Assembly (NCBI RefSeq): GCF_018350175.1
Contig: NC_058368.1
Coordinates: forward strand, 51,151,815-51,215,814
From: Felis catus
Lineage: Eukaryota
Length of the DNA: 64,000 nucleotides
Direction: 5' to 3'
Shown here piece after piece: positions 12,060 to 25,193 of this stretch. Within the stretch, counting starts at the first letter, position 1. The number at the start of each line of letters is the position of its first letter. Position numbers and translations under genes: made by a program. The notes below the pieces were generated by a model, which worked only from the letters and a program-made list of their open reading frames with translations, did no database searches and was not told the DNA's origin.

Positions 12060-12720
12060 AGTTTCAGAAAAAGGAGGCCCCACGGCGCGGATGGAGTGCG
12101 CCAGGGTGCCGGGCCCCAGCGCCGCGGCACGGTCTGCTGAGGGCAGGGGAAATGGCTGCACTGCAGGGCTCCAGTGTCTCACCCCCAGGCCGGCGCCCCG
12201 CGCCCCAGTCTCCGGTCAGGGAGAGGGCGGGACCAGGCCGACCAAAGTGGCCCAGTCCAGGGTTCACAAGGCTCGCGGGGGGGGGGGGGGGGGGCGGGGT
12301 TCCGTGCGCATGCTCAGCTCGCGGGCCCTTCGCGTCGCCGGGCTCGGGAGGCGCCGGAAGCACCGGGAGACGCCACATGGCGCAGGCGGGGAGCGCTGGC
12401 CGGGGGGCCGCGGGGCAGAAGCCCGCGGGCGCGGCCCCGGGGTGCGCGCTTTGGCGCTGGGCCCTGGGGCTGCTGTGGCTGGCGTTGGCCGCCGCGGGCT
12501 CCTCCCGGCGCCAGTGGCCCGTGCCCTACAAGTGAGTGCGCGCGGCGCGCGGGCGTGGCGGGGCGGACGCGCGCACTGGCGGGGCGCGGTGCCGGGGTCG
12601 GGAGGCGGAGGCGGCGCGGTGGAGGACCGAGTTGAGCTGTTCGCTGCGCGTCGCCCAGGCCCTTTCTTCCTCTTGGGACACTTGAACTGCTTTCTAGGTG
12701 GCTTAGGCTCAGGGCAGGCC
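12060..12720. promoter_or_regulatory. CpG island / CLN5 promoter
   Basis: Very GC- and CpG-rich. Contains GC boxes, an NRF1-like TGCGCATGCTCA (12305-12316), an ETS core CCGGAAG (12354-12360) and a G18 run (12277-12294). Confidence 0.85.
12377..12531 (+). CDS. CLN5: CLN5 coding exon 1 (signal/transmembrane N-terminus)
   Basis: ATG at 12377 gives MAQAGSAG...LWRWALGLLWLALAAAGSSRRQWPVPY(K), matching the CLN5 N-terminus (RRxWPVPYK). Donor AA|gtgagt at 12531/12532. Lies in a CpG island. Confidence 0.93.
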
Positions 12721-13348
12721 GGAGTCATGGAAGAAACGGGAGTAATGTAATTTTATTTGAGTGACTTTTAGACGCAAGTGATCAACTCTTTGAATGGTTA
12801 GAGGAGACTTTGAATATCGTGCTTATTACTTGACGTCATGCATGTCATTAGTTATCATGAGTACGTACCCATTGGCACAATATACAACATGACCTACTGG
12901 TCTTGGTTCTCTGGGAATTTCCATTTTTAGCCGTAAAAGTCACGCGTCCTGGGAATTCCCCGCTCCCTTTGTCTGGGGCTCACCGGAAGGGTTGGTGACC
13001 TCGTGTGTCCCCCGTTTTCAGTCTGGTCTTAAGACGAGGACAGAGACTGCACACCTGTGGAGCTGATTGGAGCCTTTGACCTAGAAGAGTATCTACACGG
13101 CCTTAGATGTTCAGGTGGCTAAACAGAAAGAAAACACGCTGCTAACATCAGGCGAAAGGCCAACAGATTTTGAAAACACGGCTATTTCGGATGACAAAAT
13201 AGTGAGCGGGGAGGCAGGATAACCTAGTGGTCAGGAATGAGTTCTGGGTTCCAGTCGAATCAGGCACCACCAGCACCAGCTTTTGAAATTGGCAACGTGA
13301 TTCAGTGTCTCTGTGCCCATGTGACCTGCCCTAGAAAGTAGGAATGGA

Positions 13349-13565
13349 TGGGACGCCTTGATGGCTCAGTCCTCAGGCGCCCGATTTTGGTTCAGGTCAT
13401 GATATCAGGGTCTGTGAGTTCAAGCCCTGCGCGTGGGGACTCTGTGCTGACAGCCCAGAGCCTGGAGCCTGCTTCAGATTCTGTGTCTCCCTCTCTCTCT
13501 GCCCCTCCCTGGCTCACACTCTGTCTCTCTCTCCTTCAAAAATAAATAAACATTAAAAAAAAATT
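13349..13565 (+). mobile_element. CAN-SINE in CLN5 intron 1
   Basis: SINE body with flanking agaaagtaggaa duplication. Confidence 0.85.
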
Positions 13566-14955
13566 TTTTTTTTTAAAGAAAGTAGGAACGGTAACAGCAT
13601 TTCCCCCAGGCTTGTTAGAGGATTAAATCTAATAAATGTCAGCTATTGTCAAGCGAGGATAGGAGTGTATTCTGTTCACTGGAATGCTTTGCACCACTTC
13701 CTTGTTTTGCTTGATATATATGAAAAGAGAAGTTTGGGTTTTCTTGAAAAGAAAAAGTTAATAAAACGTTCATAAGAAGTAAAATTAAATGTTCAGTAAA
13801 ATAAGGAAGAGATTGTAAATGCAAAACTACTTGATTTATAGTTAGGGCAAGGTATTGACGATACCTTAGGGTTTCTATTAAAGTTTCAAGTATTAAGTAC
13901 CTGTCCCCATTTAGTCTTCTCAACTGAATATAATAAAATTTAACTTTATTAAGTTATGCTTTTGAAATTACCTTTGACCTAAAAGATTTTGCTTCAAGCA
14001 AGTGAAAACTAAATAGTTACGTGTTTAAACAACCCGTTGAGCATCTATAAAAACAAGGAAGTATGTGTAAGTTTCATAAACATTGGGGGGTTGTTAATAC
14101 TCTTGGCTAACATCAAGATATTAACTTCTTAAAATAGAATTTTTTGTTGATGTGTTAAGATTGTAAAAAAATAGATCTGCCTAAAATTTTAGAGATCCGT
14201 GGTGCCTAGAAGATAGATAGAAGCAGTGTCTTTCTTTCTTCCGTCTTTCTCTTGCCAAATATGGAAGGTGACCAGTGTCTGTTGAGCCGACTTCAGCAGT
14301 AGTCCCTCCTCTCGTCTTACTGCCATGGCTCTCTCTGGGGGCCTTCTCTTCTTGTTACATTATTGCTGTAACCTCCTAATTGACCTCTGCCTTAATTTCG
14401 CTTCTCTCACCGCTCTCCTGTAACTCATACAAATAAGGTTTGTTTCATAGCAAATTCAGTCATATCAGGTCTGCTACTTAAAATCCTTTAAGCTCACTCC
14501 TGGGCTCAGCCCTCACCGGCTGTAGGAGTCCCGTGGTGCGGTTCACACTGCATCAGGGCAAAATGACAGCCCCTGCCTGTCTCTCCTACCTTGAAGCCTG
14601 AATTCCAGCATTATTTACCTACTGTCTTCTAAGCCTTAATATTGTCCCTTTTATGTCCTAACCGTCGAAAGTGTTTTAAAAGCCTAAGCCAGATCTTCAT
14701 CCCTTTCTTTGCTCTTCTCACTCCCACCCATTCCACATCAGGTAAAAGTGATTTCTCTCTTTTTTGTGCCCATAGGACTTTGTATATTTCTTTAGCACTC
14801 ACCACACTGCGCCATACTACTTATTTAATGTCTTCCCAGTCCCCACCTAAATGTCCTTGAGAAAGGGAACGTCATTTTAATTTTGTTTCCCTCCTTCCTA
14901 CTATAGTGTCCTACATATAGTAGATCCTTAGTAAATATCTATTGATCGCTGGCTA

Positions 14956-15910
14956 TTTTTTTTTTTTAACGTTCATTCATTTTTGAGAGACAGAGAGAGC
15001 AGGGGAGGGGCAGAGAAAGAGAGGGAGACACAGAATCTGAATCAGGCTCCAGGCTTCAAGCTGTCAACACAGACACAGGGCTCAAACCCACAAACTGCAA
15101 GATCATGACCTGAGCCAAAGTTGGACACTTAACCAACTGAGCCACCCAGGTGCCCCAAATTTTTTTTTTATTTTAAACTCTAATTGGCTTTATTAAATGA
15201 TTCACGAATTGGGCAGCATTCCATCTAGCAAATAGAAGGACACTCCTGTCAGTTAATTTTTTTTTATGTTTATTTATTTTCAGGGAAAGAGAGAATCCCA
15301 AGAAGGCTCTGCACTCTCAATGCAGAGTCAGACATGGGGCTCAAACCCAGGAACTATGAGATCATACCTGAGCTGAAATCAAGAATCAGACACTTGGGGC
15401 GCCTGGGTGGCTCAGTCAGCTAAGCATTCGACTTTGACTCAGGTCGTGATCTCATGGTTTGTGAGTTCGAGCCCCACTTCAGGCTCTGTGCTGATAGCAC
15501 TGTGCTGATAGCACTGAGCCTGGAACCCACATCAAGTTCTATGTCTCCCTCTCTCTGCCCCTCCCCTGTTCGTTCTCCTCTCTCTCTCTCAAATGTAAAC
15601 AAACATTAAAAAAAAAAAGAATCAGACACTTAACTGAGCCACCCAGGCACCCCCTGTTGGTTAATTCTTTAGAAAATAGAAAATATAGTGGGGCGCCTGG
15701 GTGGTGGCTCAATCGCTTAAGCATCTGACTTCAGCTCAAGTCATGATCTCACAGGTGATGAGTTCGAGCCCCCGTCAGACTCTGTGTTGACAGCTCAGAG
15801 CCTGGAGCCAGCTTCAGATTCTGTGTCTCCCTGTCTCTCTGCCCCTCCCCTGCTCGTGCTTCTGTCTCTCTCTGTCTTAAAAATAAATAAACATTAATAA
15901 ACATTAAAAA
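14956..15910. mobile_element. SINE cluster in CLN5 intron 1 including a SINE nested in a SINE
   Basis: 14956-15157 (-). 15257-15653 (-) is split by 15396-15616 (+), with TSD aagaatcagacactt. 15689-15910 (+). Confidence 0.88.
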
Positions 15911-16329
15911 AAGAAAATAGAAAATATATTCTATTTAATAATTATTTTGAAATAATCTTAACATGTGGACTGTTTATGAAATTAAATGTCATTTGAAAAA
16001 TATTCCTTTATTCAGTGAATGTTTGTCTATAAATAAATGTGGATCTATAGACATTCTAAGGTATGGCCCCTGTGTTCAAAATTCTCACAATGAGAGCAGA
16101 TAACAGAGAAGCATGCCTTTATCAAAGTGCTTATAATATATCATTTGCTATTAAAGACTTCGTCGGAGGAGTTGTTGACAGAATAGCAAAATGTTTAAAC
16201 ACTATAACCTTTGAATGTTTTCTCTGAAAGTGTTATTGATGGTGATACTAAAATCTGGATTCTAAAATGTGCAAGAAGAACCAAATTCCTGTTGGAATCT
16301 AAGTTTGTGGTTTCTTTTTTCTTTATTAG

Positions 16330-16495
16330 ACGCTTTTCCTTCCGCCCAGAACCAGATCCTTATTGTCAAGCTAAATACACTTTCTGTCCAACCGGCTCAC
16401 CTATCCCAATTATGAAAGATGATGATGTCATTGAAGTCTTTCGGTTACAAGCCCCAGTATGGGAATTTAAATATGGGAATCTCCTGGGACACCTG
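16330..16495 (+). CDS. CLN5: CLN5 coding exon 2
   Basis: Acceptor ttattag|A. Encodes [55 protein letters not shown]. Donor CTG|gtaag. Phases fit the neighbouring exons. Confidence 0.97.
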
Positions 16496-17082
16496 GTAAG
16501 CCTGCATCTTGATCTTGTAACTTTGGTTAATTAAATTATTTATTAAGTGGATTTGAGGGAATAATCGCTGTTCAAAGGGCTGATTTTAGATCATGTATAA
16601 TTGCTGTTCCTCTTGGCATATTTAAAATGAGTAGTCAAAAAATATTATCGTGTTTTGTGATTCTGACAGTAACAAATGCAGTTGCTTTAATCCTTTTTTA
16701 ATAATCTGAATCCATACCCAACTCCTGGACCTAGCTCCTGGCAGGTAAGAAAGGAGGAGGCCCAGCGGAACGGGCAAGGCAGGCAGGAGACACTTCATTT
16801 CCAGTCCCTGCTATACACATTTTCCTAGCTTAGCTCACCAGTTGAGCCTCTGTCACCCTGTGAAGCATGTAGACTTCCTGAGCCTGTGGCATGGAGCTTC
16901 TCCAACCCATTTTAAAGTGGAAAGAAATTAAGAGTGTGTCCATATAGCATATCTGAGATAAGCAGCAATGGTCAAAACCAGAGTGGAAGAGGGCCTGGAA
17001 TTGGAGGAGCCACAGAGTGGACACAAGAATAGCAACATGGAAGAGGAACAGCTGAGTCGTTCTACTTGATGTCCAGTTGTGA

Positions 17083-17439
<357 letters not shown>

Positions 17440-17569
17440 TGAAAAAAATTGCTTTCCTTGAGGCATTTCAGTCATGTTCTACTCTTTAGAGGTCAGTTTA
17501 CAAAATGTACTTCTGGAAGCAGTAGGTTTGATCCAAACTATTACTCATGCAAAACGTTACCTTTAGTTT

Positions 17570-17780
17570 TCTTTTTTTAATGTTTATTTATTTTTGAGAG
17601 AGAGAGAGAGCGAGCGTGAGAAGGGGAGGGGCAGAGAGAGAGGGAGATACAGAATCTGAAGCAGGCTCCAGGCTCTGAACTGTCAACAGAGCCCGATGTG
17701 GGGCTTGAACTCACAGACTGCAAGATCATGATCTGAGCCGAAGTTGGATGCTCAACTGACTGAGCCACCCAGGCTCCCTG
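17570..17780 (-). mobile_element. CAN-SINE in CLN5 intron 3
   Basis: SINE body with flanking tgcaaaacgt(t/c)acctttag duplication. Confidence 0.88.
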
Positions 17781-19264
17781 CAAAACGTCACCTTTAGGTG
17801 ATGAGTAGTGTATCTCCTCTATTCCATAGTAAAAAATGAAATGGTAAAATGTTTTCTGCAATTGAATTGGACTTTCTAAATAAACATGTGGAAGAAAATC
17901 CACAAAATGCCTGTGAAAATATTTGATCAAAGGACCTGTTAAATGTATCTGGAAAAAGACTTTGAGTGATGACAAAATGTTTTTATGTCAAGAAATAATA
18001 ACAGCTACCACTCATGGGGACTTACTCTGGGTCCAGCAGTGTTCCGAGTGCTTTACCTATATCATGTCATTTATCATCACAACAACCCCCTGAGATAGTT
18101 ACGGTTATTTCCCTCATTTTACAGATGGCTAAAGTGAGGCACAAAGTGGTTAAAATCACACAACCAAGAAGTAGGTGGGACCCTAACTCTGGCAGTGAAG
18201 CTTTATTGGCCATTTTCTTAACTACTTCTCTACATTGCTTCCCAAAACACATACAGTCTTAGCATTTGAGGCTCCTTGAGCAATCAAAATACTTTATCTT
18301 TGAGATTTTCTGTTCTTTTGGATGTATTGGAAAGTTGCTGAAACACTTAGAATTTTGCTGCATGTGTTGCATTGTTGGTTAATGCTGAAGAAAGGAGTTC
18401 AGAACTTTTATCAGAAACTGGTATGTGACCTTGGGTCATATTTTTACTTTGACTCATTACGTCATGTGTAGAACAGGGATGAGACTGCCATTGCATTCTG
18501 GAGGTAGGGAGCTTGCCCATATGATTTAGAGAGCTCTGCATTATAATTGTTGTTCTCCAAGAAAATGGAAATATCTGAAATGAAAGTACTGTTTGTGATA
18601 AGAATTATTCAGTGAGCCATAGATCTTGAGGAAGTTATCAAGCTTTCCACTTGGATAGCCCTTTACAAAGCATTTTGGAGCATGTTATCTCACAGCTCAG
18701 TGGGGAGGAGAAAACACTCTTCTTCCTTTTAAAAATAAGGATTTGAGGGTCAGCCAGGTAGCATGACTTGCCAGTCACAGATCTGGATGTAGAACCAGGA
18801 ATAGAATTGTGTCTTAAATGTAATCTGGGGATCTTTTAACTCTACACCATGCTGTTTTCTAATCTTCCTTCCTTCTTTCTAATTAATATGCCCCAACCAT
18901 CCCAAGCAATATCAAAGCCCGTTTCTCTTTTAACAGTGCTCAGTGTGATACTTTTTTTTTTCATCCCAAGCCAGTTCACATTGCTCTTTTCTCCTTGTCC
19001 ACCTATTTCATTATCTGAAAACTCTTCCTTCTGACATCAGTATATGATATGAACAAGTGATCACTATTTCATGTAAAATAGTACTAATATGCTAGTACTT
19101 AAATCTTTCAAGTTTTCCGTCTGCTTTGTGATTAATCGTGTTCATTGACATTTTCTCATGTTACAGAATAGTGTTTTGAAGTATTCTCTTAATTACAGCA
19201 GTAACTTTTCAAGGTTGAAGAACACTAAGAACAGTATACCCAGTTCTAAGAAAACAAGCTTTAA

Positions 19265-19470
19265 GGGTGCCTGGGTGGCTCCATCTGTTAAGCGACTGAC
19301 TTTAGCTCAGGTCACGATCTTGTGGTTCGAGCCCCACATCAGGCTCTGTGCTGACAGCTCAGATCCTGGAGCCTGCTTTGGGTTCTGGTCTCCCTCTCTC
19401 CCTCTTTCTCTGCCCCTCAACTGCTCATGCTGTCTCTTTTTCTCAAAAATAAACAACAACAACAACAAAA
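19265..19470 (+). mobile_element. CAN-SINE in CLN5 intron 3
   Basis: SINE body with flanking aagaaaacaagcttta duplication. Confidence 0.85.
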
Positions 19471-20450
19471 AGAAAACAAGCTTTATATTATTCCATAGTT
19501 TTAATTCTAAAAAATTGATAAAGGCAGCCGCTGTATTCATTTTATAGGACATGAAATATTGATTTCATGGACTCAAGTTGGAGCACTTAAGAAAGGTTCA
19601 CATATATGGTGACAAATTGAAATGCTGTAGTGAAGCTTTATTAGGCACTGTAAATGCCCAGATGAGGTTGTAACCACGCAAAGTATAGTGTTTTGTTAAC
19701 ATTTGGAGAGATTCCTTTGGTCGGGTACAAGGTCGTAGGAGAGCGTGAGCTGTTCCGGAGTCTGTAATAGGCCACGAACGTGGCCGAAAACATTTCCAGT
19801 TTAAGTTGATTCATTGGAAGAATTTGTATGGTTAGTGGGAAGGTTGTGAGCAGAATCCGAACAGTTGCAAGTACAAAAAGAAAAAGGAAATACCAGGTAT
19901 TCGGGGTGGACAGGGTATGGTACTTTCTCTTGTAACATTAGTAGGCCAGCCTTCTAAAGTAGCTGTTCCTCTGGCTGCCGTTCGTACTGTACACACGCAA
20001 TGCCTTGTGACAGAAAAGCTCTGCGTTTCACCCTCCTCCATTCTTACACTGCCTTTGCTCCACTCTCTTTTCCCTCTATCCACAATTTTTCCTTGTTTTC
20101 TTTCTTTACCTTTGAATCCAAGATTTGTTGGGTGGGGTAAAGAGGGCTTCTGCATGTGTATGATTTTGCTTTTATAGCTTAAATGATTACAGAATTGGTA
20201 TGTAAGACTTGATACCCCTATTATATCTAAGGTTTACAATTCAGAAATACCTTGTGCTTTGAAAAATGGAATAAAAATTGGCTAAGCTTGGATTCCTATT
20301 GTGAGTACAGGTTTGGAACTGATATTACAAATAATTTAATAATTTAATAATATTATTTATTCATGACCTTAATCAGGTTAGAACATTTGACATAAGACTA
20401 ATGATTGGCTTTGATGTTCACATAGGAATTTTTTTTTTTTTTTTAACTAG

Positions 20451-20962
20451 GAAACACATTTAACAAGATGGCAAAGTGGGTAAAATGGGACAATGAAACA
20501 GGGATTTATTATGAGACATGGACCGTCCAGGCCAGCCCAGAAAAGGGGGCGGAGACATGGTTTGAATCCTACGACTGTTCCAAATTTGTGTTAAGGACAT
20601 ATAACAAGTTGGCTGAACTTGGAGCAGAGTTCAAGAAGATAGAAACCAACTACACAAGAATATTTCTTTACAGTGGAGAGCCTACTTATTTGGGAAATGA
20701 AACGTCTATTTTTGGGCCAACAGGAAATCAGACTCTTGCTTTAGCCGTAAAAAGGTTTTATTACCCCTTCAAACCACATTCATCAACTAAAGAATTTCTG
20801 TTCAGTTTCTTGCAAATTTTTGATGCAGTGATTATACACAGACAGTTCTATTTGTTTTATAATTTTGAATATTGGTTTTTACCTATGAAATTCCCTTTTA
20901 TTAAAATAACATATGAAGAAATCCCTTTACCTAACAGAAACGACACACTCTCTGGTTTATAA
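20451..20962 (+). CDS. CLN5: CLN5 coding exon 4 (terminal); lysosomal CLN5 protein / BMP synthase
   Basis: Poly-T tract then ctag|GA. Encodes [24 protein letters not shown]...[11 protein letters not shown]...[12 protein letters not shown]. Spliced CDS 155+166+226+512=1059 nt, 352 aa. Confidence 0.97.
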
Positions 20963-22465
20963 AATTTTAATTCTTCTGCTTTTTTTTTTTTTTCTCCTAT
21001 CACCAGCATATATGTTTTTGAGGTAGTGGTTTTACATTCATGGATTTTCTTAGGCCCTTCTTCCTTGGAGCAGAAAGGTAGAATGTACTTGGGCAGAACT
21101 GCAGCATATCATCTCAGGACCTTTTTTGGAGAGGAGCTGAAACTCTCATTGCATTAGCCTAAGTGAGCCCATTAGGTGATCTTGATTTCAAACTCCAAGG
21201 CTTTGTTAAAATGAATTACAGTTCATATCAGATACATAGGATCTTTGGACCCCATATTTTTTAATTGTGGATATGGTGTGCCCAGATTTAAAAATACCCT
21301 CAGTGACATTTTCATGGTGGGGGCTACTTTTCTCTGGTACAGTTACACTTTTTCATTTAAGTACTTTTTGATGGTTTAGACTGACTTTGCAACTTTTGTG
21401 ACTTTGGGGACCAGGTCTAGTAGTTTGATTTTTTTCTTTTACTTAAAGACTAATTTGGATACCACGGCTGGAGTGGTTTTGCTTCCAGATGTGGTAAAAA
21501 GTGTTAAAGAGCACAAGTTCCTAGCTAGCATTTTAGAACTAGCCAGTAACTGGCATTTTGTGATGTAGGCAGCTTAGCATTTCTGAACCTTAGTATCCTT
21601 ATCTCTAAGAGGAGTCATCCGTCAGGATTGTTGTAAAAATTGAAGCCATGTATGTTTGGCATAGGAAAGTTACAGAAAACGGTAGCTACAATGATGAATC
21701 AAAGAACAAACTGCCGTCTTTGATCTGGCTTAATGTAGTTTACATGCCAACCTTTCCTGGGTTTTATAGTAATAATCTAAACTTTGAGCTGACAGCTTTA
21801 ATGCTTCTGCAGTTGTTTATGCACATTGGGACATGGAAGTATTTGACTGCAGACACGTCTGGGTGAATAGGCACCATATGACTCCTTTACTGCTTCATGT
21901 AGTCCTTCCACCCTAGTAGAGGTGCCAGCTCAGTAGGAGGGTACACTTCTCAGGGGACAGGTCTTTGTCAAGGGTCTCCAAGTAGCTGTGCTTCCATTTA
22001 GGGCCATCAAACAAGGTTTCAGGGTCCTTTAAATGCCTAATGACCAACTGAACACTGTCTATTCATGGAAAAAAGGCCAGTCAGTAAGATGATGAAGCAG
22101 AGACCATCTGTTTAATATGTAAACTATGTTGTTCAGTTTCTACCAACATTTGAGTGTCTCCTGAGAGGTTAGTACATTGAGTTCTCCTACAAAGCCTAAA
22201 CACAGGTATTATTTACCTGATCAAATGAGTAAATTGGGGCTTAGAAAGTCTAAATGACCTTTCCAGGGCTACCCTGCTATTGGTAATGGAGCCACATCTT
22301 GAACCAGTTCTGACTGGATGGGATACATGACCAAGCAAGGTTTCATTGTCAGTGTAGTCCTCAGACCCATGCCTGTACCATAAGTTACTAACACCGCAGG
22401 TTACTGGTCAAGCACAGATACTGGTGGGAAACTTCTTTTAAAGTAATTTTGTTTTTGTTGAATCT

Positions 22466-22471
22466 AATAAA
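22466..22471 (+). terminator. Candidate CLN5 polyadenylation signal
   Basis: AATAAA followed by a GT/T-rich tract (ttgtatttttgtatgtgtttt), about 1.5 kb after the stop. A second AATAAA lies at 22571. Confidence 0.55.
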
Positions 22472-23364
22472 AAAATGGGGCTTGTATTTTTGTATGTGTT
22501 TTTATTTCATTTGTCAAGGACTTCACTTTTATTGTCTTTTTCAAAACTATAGGCACTGCCACAGTCTGAAAATAAAAAGCCAGCCCTTTACCACAGATAG
22601 CTTGAGAAGCACTGGGTTATCCTGCCTACTGCACAGAGGCAAAGCCAGGCTGAAATACATAAGGAGAACTTTACTTCACTGCCTCCCATTTAGCCTTTGT
22701 ATTCCTGTCAATAGTGTAAACACTAATTAATTTTGCCTCTAACTTGCTGGTTGTCTTCAGAATGTCACAAACTTGGATCTTTGCGTTATCACCACCTAGT
22801 GGCTAAAATCAGGCAATGCCAACTTCTCCTGGATTCTTAAAATTGATCTGGGAAAACAGAATTTTGGATTTTCTAGAACTGCATTGGGGTAACATGCAAG
22901 AACTCTTGTGCCACATCTGTGTTAACTGTAAAGCACAGAATCTGGTTCTGTAGCAAAGACAAATGAGGACACTTGGATGTGGAGCCTGAATTTTAAAGCA
23001 AGATTCTAAACAGTTAACATTTAAAAAGTAGTAAAGATTTTTCAGTTCCTATGAATATTAACAAATGAAGAAATTTTGTGAAAGTAATAGACTCAGGTGA
23101 CTATAAAATAGAACAAAATTCATATTGAGTACTTAAGAGTTTATCAAACTTGTCAACTGTACTTAAAAGGTGAAGTAGGGCTTTTGGAGTAGAGATGATT
23201 CAAGAACATGCTTTCAAAATGGTAATTGAGAAGCCAAAATATGGCCAGGCAGGAATTTGCCAATTCTACCATATAACTTAAATGTGATTTATATTTTTCT
23301 GTTATAAATGTATAAAATTTACTCTCTAAGAAACCATTGTGTTGGAAGTTTGAATTAGGGCTTT

Positions 23365-23578
23365 TTTTAAAATTTTTTTAACATTTATTTATTTTTGAGA
23401 CAGAGACAGACCAAGAACGGGGGAGGATCAGAGAGAGAGGGAGACCCAGAATCTGAAACAGGCTCCAGGCTCTGAGCTGTCAGCACAGAGCCCAACGCGG
23501 GGCTCGAACCCACGGACCACAAGATCATGAACTGAGCTGAAGTCAGAGGCTTAACCGACGGAGCCACCCAGGCGCCCC
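23365..23578 (-). mobile_element. CAN-SINE
   Basis: SINE body with flanking ttgaattagggcttt duplication. Confidence 0.88.
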
Positions 23579-24297
23579 TTGAATTAGGGCTTTAAATATG
23601 TCCTCACTTACTATTTCTGGCTAGTATTAAGTAGACCCATAAAGTGTCATCAAATATATTTTAATATCCACATACAGGAAAATGGTCCAAAGGTTAAAAC
23701 TACTAAACATTAAGTATTTGTAACTTTCAATATTGGCTCCTTTGAAATCAGAAAAAAAAAAAGTCTTAGTAAACTTCAGTTTTATAATCTGAGACTTCAG
23801 TTCCTTTAAGATGACTATTTTTTTTAATAACTTGTTGGTATGTTATACAAAGAACAATGTTCCAAAACTACCACACATCTTTTCCCCTGTTCAGAGTCAA
23901 AGGCAAATGGGCTGGCCAAAGTTTGTTTCCAGCATCTGCCTATTTACCCTTAATTGTCCAAATAGTTTCCTGTGCTCTCAAACTTTCCTATCTACATTTT
24001 CTTTCCCCTACTTAAAACAAGATAGGCTATTACCCTTATATTCTTTTACTTGACTGATTATTCTAAGGATAAGCTTTTAGTTCACTTTTGGAGTAAAGGG
24101 CTTTGTGTCCATTTTATATGCCCTAAGATATGTCCTTATGTTTAAAGTAAAGTTGGGTGTCAGGAAGCAGGTAAGGCTTTTCTGGCTGCTTGATAACTTT
24201 AAAACCACAGATAAACTGAAGCTGGAGTCCGCAAAGATTGTTCCCAGCTACGTATGGGGTAGGGGTGACTTATAGCTTCTTACAAGACCTAGGTCAC

Positions 24298-24520
24298 AGG
24301 GCACCTGGGTGGCTCAGTTGGTTGGATGTCCGACTTCCGCTCAGGTCATGATCTCACCCTTCATGGGTTCGAGCCCCACACCGGGCTCTGTGCTGACAGC
24401 TCAGAGCCTGGAACCTGCCTCAGATTCTGTGTCTCCCTTTCTTTCTGCCCCTCCCTGCTCGTACTCTGTGCCTCTCCCTCTCTCAAAAATAAATAAAAAC
24501 GTTAAAAAAAAAAAAAAAAA
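24298..24520 (+). mobile_element. CAN-SINE
   Basis: SINE body and polyA tail. Confidence 0.88.
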
Positions 24521-25187
24521 AGACCTAGTTCAGGCCTAAGCCTTGTTCACATCAACCCCTCCCATCTATCCTAAGCTTTTCCATAAATATAAAAAGTTAT
24601 TTTTGAATGCAATAAATTGATTAATCTTTAGTCATGCCTTTTTTTTTCCTGATAGTATTGTTAAAATAGCCCAGATTACCAAGAGAAATTGAAGTTATCT
24701 TCTGGAAGCTGTTAAGACAGGAAATGAAAATAATTTCAATAGTTTAAGAACTAGTCTGATTGTAGGAATTTATATAAAACATTTCTCTATGAAAAGGATA
24801 CCTGGGTTCAAAGGACTTTGACTAAGAATTCTATTTCAAAATCTGTTTTATAAATTCTTATTCTAAAAACAAAGAGCCTATTCTTTTTAATTTAACCATT
24901 TTCTGTATAAAATGTGAAAAATAAATTTACATTTCATGGCCAATTTTTATTTCCTATCACTTTAGTCATCAGAACTTATTTCTAAGAATAGATTTCATTT
25001 ACCTTATCTTACACCTTTATAACAGTCATCCTACCATAAACTTATTCAAAATTAAACATTGTATTCATCAAATATAAATTTGAAACTAAACCCATAAATC
25101 TGTAAGTTTACCTTGTTGTAAAACCAAATATGTATGTTAGTGTCATTTTTAAAAACTATTAATAATACAACAGCATTAGTAACTATC

Positions 25188-25193
25188 TTTATT
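25188..25193 (-). terminator. Candidate FBXL3 polyadenylation signal
   Basis: AATAAA on the minus strand about 1.9 kb after the stop, at the end of an AT-rich, repeat-free 3' UTR with upstream TGTA motifs. Confidence 0.55.

Noticed and set aside
11756..12750. Several long overlapping ORFs on both strands at the CLN5 5' end
   Set aside because: Expected from stop-codon scarcity in a GC-rich island. Only the frame containing CLN5 exon 1 has recognisable homology.
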